IMG/VR virus record: IMGVR_UViG_3300042879_002288
Reading direction: 5' to 3' (one strand)
DNA: 20,000 bases
From: an uncultured virus (IMG/VR IMGVR_UViG_3300042879_002288)
Taxonomy: Duplodnaviria; Heunggongvirae; Uroviricota; Caudoviricetes; Crassvirales
Shown: one piece after another, positions 17,826-20,000 of the stretch
How positions within the stretch are numbered: the first letter of the stretch is position 1
Layout: every line of letters begins with the position of its first letter
Program-made: the position numbers and the translations under genes
Notes under the pieces: model-generated
Seen by the model: the letters and a program-made list of their open reading frames with translations, nothing else
What the model was told of the DNA's origin: nothing
Databases searched by the model: none

Positions 17826-18226
17826 TATGCTTCGTAGATAAGAGCGTACTCCAACGTCATGTTGGTGGCGACGCTATTGGTTACTACGATGTCAGCAGTA
17901 GGTCCGCCATTCCAAGGCATGAATGACCAGTCACCAGCGTACAGTCTACCAATCTCTTGGGTGTTAACCTTGAGGGTGATATATTCAGTTGCTGTGGACG
18001 AGGTGTTCTTCAGGTATACCTTGTGGGCTTTTGCATCGCCATAGTTGGCAGAAGAAAGAAGCGTGTAATCTGCTGTAGAGCCTCTGGTGATTCTACCAAC
18101 TCCTGTCGTCTGGTCCAGGCCAGTCACAGTACCAGCCTTGTTCAGATTGGTTGTCTGAGTCAGAGCCAGGGTATCGTTAGTCAGGTCAGCGCTGGAGAGT
18201 GTGATTGTCGCGGTCGTGGTTGCCAT
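17825..18226 (-). CDS. Small beta-rich putative structural protein, 133 aa (paralog A)
   Basis: VYLKN, LYAGDWSFMP and LEY motifs; Thr-rich; promoter element upstream. Confidence 0.65.
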   Translation of the reverse strand: MATTTATITLSSADLTNDTLALTQTTNLNKAGTVTGLDQTTGVGRITRGSTADYTLLSSANYGDAKAHKVYLKNTSSTATEYITLKVNTQEIGRLYAGDWSFMPWNGGPTADIVVTNSVATNMTLEYALIYEA

Positions 18227-18240
18227 GTGTGTGTTTTTTG

Positions 18241-18248
18241 CAAAGATA
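18241..18248 (-). promoter_or_regulatory. Bacteroidota-type -7 promoter element TATCTTTG
   Basis: TAnnTTTG in an intergenic gap, 14 nt before ATG at 18226. Confidence 0.65.
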
Positions 18249-18252
18249 TATA

Positions 18253-18459
18253 TTAGTTGTCTACGCCATTTTTAGCAAGAAGAACCTTAATCTCCTGCAC
18301 GTCCTTGAGGAGTCTGTCTATGCTCTCTTGTATTTTAACAGTCTGCTTCTCGTGTATATCAAGCCTCAGAGCAAGCTTGCTTATGTCAACACTCAACTTT
18401 ACGTACACGCCAACGACCCCCGCTGACAGAAGTATTATTTGGTAGAGGCTCATATCCAT
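18253..18459 (-). CDS. Small membrane-anchored coiled-coil protein (holin-like), 68 aa
   Basis: Hydrophobic N-terminus (LYQIILLSAGVVGVYV) followed by a heptad-rich helix. Confidence 0.55.
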   Translation of the reverse strand: MDMSLYQIILLSAGVVGVYVKLSVDISKLALRLDIHEKQTVKIQESIDRLLKDVQEIKVLLAKNGVDN

Positions 18460-18467
18460 GACAAATG

Positions 18468-18475
18468 CAAAGATA
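18468..18475 (-). promoter_or_regulatory. Bacteroidota-type -7 promoter element TATCTTTG
   Basis: TAnnTTTG, 8 nt before ATG at 18459; shares the 12-mer TATATCTTTGCA with the 18241 site. Confidence 0.65.
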
Positions 18476-18483
18476 TAATGTTT

Positions 18484-18771
18484 CTACCACTTTACTTTAT
18501 TTGCCCAATAGGCCGCGCTCATCTTTCCCTTGGATATGTTCTTGGCATGCCTAGCTTGAAAAGACTGTCTTCTGTTCTTGTATGATTCCGACTCCCCTTC
18601 CTTTCTTGGGGAGCCAGACACGCCCTGCTGTCCAAAACGAATGAGCTTTATTTGCCCTCCAACCTTGGCTAGCACTACGTGAGACTTTGTTGGGTGAGAC
18701 GGGGTAGCCTTGGGTTTGTTAACCCCAGATAGGCCATTTTTCTTTAGGATTGAGGATATTCTGTTGTCCAT
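18484..18771 (-). CDS. Small basic protein widespread in aquatic phages, unknown function, 95 aa (start revised to 18771)
   Basis: NKPK.TPSHPTKSHVVLAK.G..IKLIRFGQQG...RR.SF.ARH...KMSAAYWANKVKW. ATG at 18771 has an A-rich context and avoids overlap with the upstream gene. Confidence 0.7.
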   Translation of the reverse strand: MDNRISSILKKNGLSGVNKPKATPSHPTKSHVVLAKVGGQIKLIRFGQQGVSGSPRKEGESESYKNRRQSFQARHAKNISKGKMSAAYWANKVKW

Positions 18772-18794
18772 GTGTTTTATTATAATTAACGCAT

Positions 18795-19007
18795 TTATAA
18801 AAATGGGTCGTTGTTTTGCCACTCGTCAGTTTTGCTCAGCGCCGCAGCCTCATCGCGAGTCAGCACGCCCGTCTTGTCAGTAGGCTCTTCTTTGTACTCC
18901 AAGATGAACTCGGTGCCAGCAAGGTTCCACAGCAGCGTTTGCTTAAACAGAGGCCACGCAACGCTTGGCAGTTCCGTGAGCGTGTAAAGATGATACCAAT
19001 AATTCAT
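18795..19007 (-). CDS. Small hypothetical protein coupled to the LamG gene, 70 aa
   Basis: ATGA overlap with the upstream gene; L.G..FILEY and T..E....L...EW pattern of small proteins that follow phage LamG genes. Confidence 0.6.
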   Translation of the reverse strand: MNYWYHLYTLTELPSVAWPLFKQTLLWNLAGTEFILEYKEEPTDKTGVLTRDEAAALSKTDEWQNNDPFL

Positions 19008-20000
19008 AATCCGTAGTTTGTTTTGGTACTGTTGTAGTTGTTGCTGATTTCAGTAGCGGTTAATGGTCGGTTGTATTGCAAGATTTCACCTAGCCGGATG
19101 TTGTTAAAACGTATCATAGAACCGTCAAGGTTTACAGCTCCAAAGAATGGCCTCCTATAGTTCAAATCATCCCAGCTCCTTCCGCTGCTTAGTGTATGGT
19201 CTTCGGTGGTTACTTCGCTGCCGTTTTTGTAAATCTTAAACGTTGCAGTTGTCGCTGTGTTGTAGATGAACGTGGTAGTAATTTGCGTCCAGGTCCCCGT
19301 CGGGACAGTTTCTGCGTATGTCGTTCTCCTGTCAATAAGTGGGGCGCCTGAGTATACCGAGAAACAATATCCCGCGCCCGTTCCTGTTCCTGCGTCTGTA
19401 TTACGGTGGTCAAATGCTGAGTATTTCAAATTCACACCTGCTGGACTTCCGGAGGTATCAAGATATGTGACAGCAATACCATCAAGAAGCTGGGGAGAGG
19501 TAATCCAGTAAATCCAAAAGGACCATGTGTTACCGCTGGTATTCATGTCGAAGATGCTGGTATCGCTGTTTCCCTCCATGTAGTCGTTCACCCCATCAAA
19601 CTCGAAGTATCTCCGGCCTCCGCTGGTGGTCCATGTCGGTCCTGTGATTGTGAAGTTGTACCCGCTATTTGAGAGGTCATTCCAAGTGGAGCCACTACCG
19701 CTATAACTTTCTGTATTGTAAGCGTCTAAATGTAATTTTAATCCGTCAGTGTTTACTGATTTGCCGTAATTTGATTTTGTTGCATTATAATTTTTGTTTA
19801 CTTCAGTGGCTGTGAGTGGTCGGTTGTATCGCAATATCTCACCCACCCGGATGTTGTTAAATCGGCCGAACGTGCCGTCGACGTTAATGCACCCCACGGT
19901 TGGCTTGCGTGTGATGTTGGCAGTGGCCCACGTTCCGCTTGAAAGGGTGTGGGCTTCATTGGTTATTTCTGCGCCGTCTTTGTAAATGCGGAAGGTTCCC
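19004..20000 (-). CDS. Tandem LamG/concanavalin A-like domain protein (partial; true start beyond right edge)
   Basis: The frame stays open to the window end (GTFRIYKDGAEITNEAHTLSSG...). Motifs GLKLHLDA...SYSGSGSTWNDLS, FEFDGVNDY, W.QIT, IY.NG, and YNRPLTATE...NYN.TK (twice). Confidence 0.85.
   Translation of the reverse strand, partial: GTFRIYKDGAEITNEAHTLSSGTWATANITRKPTVGCINVDGTFGRFNNIRVGEILRYNRPLTATEVNKNYNATKSNYGKSVNTDGLKLHLDAYNTESYSGSGSTWNDLSNSGYNFTITGPTWTTSGGRRYFEFDGVNDYMEGNSDTSIFDMNTSGNTWSFWIYWITSPQLLDGIAVTYLDTSGSPAGVNLKYSAFDHRNTDAGTGTGAGYCFSVYSGAPLIDRRTTYAETVPTGTWTQITTTFIYNTATTATFKIYKNGSEVTTEDHTLSSGRSWDDLNYRRPFFGAVNLDGSMIRFNNIRLGEILQYNRPLTATEISNNYNSTKTNYGL

Larger units (their letters stand above)
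1..20000 (-). mobile_element. Tailed phage (podovirus-like, probable Bacteroidota host) virion structural module
   Basis: All credible genes are on the minus strand, abutting or with TAATG/ATGA overlaps. The order scaffold-capsid-ring proteins-nozzle-internal proteins is typical of Flavobacteria podophages and crAss-related phages. No host housekeeping genes. Confidence 0.9.

Noticed and set aside
18772..18822. ORF-track start at 18822
   Set aside because: Overlaps the upstream gene; ATG at 18771 fits the conserved protein start better.
92..19985. Plus-strand ORFs and short nested minus-strand ORFs in the ORF track
   Set aside because: All overlap longer coherent minus-strand genes and lack recognisable motifs; treated as shadow ORFs.
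1..20000. Stop-codon reassignment (as in some crAss-like phages)
   Set aside because: Genes are intact under code 11. TAA dominates, but TGA (621, 19004) and TAG (18484) end genes at sensible, tightly packed boundaries.
19897..20000. GTG at 19897 as the start of the LamG protein
   Set aside because: The frame is open to the window edge and the upstream residues align with the second repeat.
1..20000. tRNA, rRNA, integrase, portal or terminase genes
   Set aside because: Intergenic gaps are all under ~70 nt and no such motifs were recognised in the ORFs.

Overview
The whole window is a densely packed, single-orientation (minus-strand) virion morphogenesis module of a podovirus-like tailed phage. 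The host is most likely aquatic Bacteroidota (Flavobacteria-type): TAnnTTTG -7 promoter elements are present, start contexts are A-rich, and no Shine-Dalgarno motifs are evident. In transcription order (right to left): tandem LamG-like protein (partial), small proteins (including a holin-like one), three small beta-rich putative decoration proteins, scaffold, major capsid protein, head-fibre-like protein, a 456-aa LamG-like protein, a conserved 278-aa protein, two ring/adaptor proteins, a tail nozzle/stabilization (muzzle-like) protein, and three putative internal/ejection proteins (the last is partial and missing from the ORF track). Most notable: (1) the nozzle gene appears split in-frame (TAA-AAT-ATG) right after a ~550-aa insertion of Cys-rich GCxDP repeats and dockerin-like motifs; (2) terminator/promoter junctions place the -7 element exactly 4 nt before ATG, suggesting leaderless mRNAs; (3) no GATC was found by eye in 20 kb. 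Functional calls rest on recalled motifs and gene order, not database searches.
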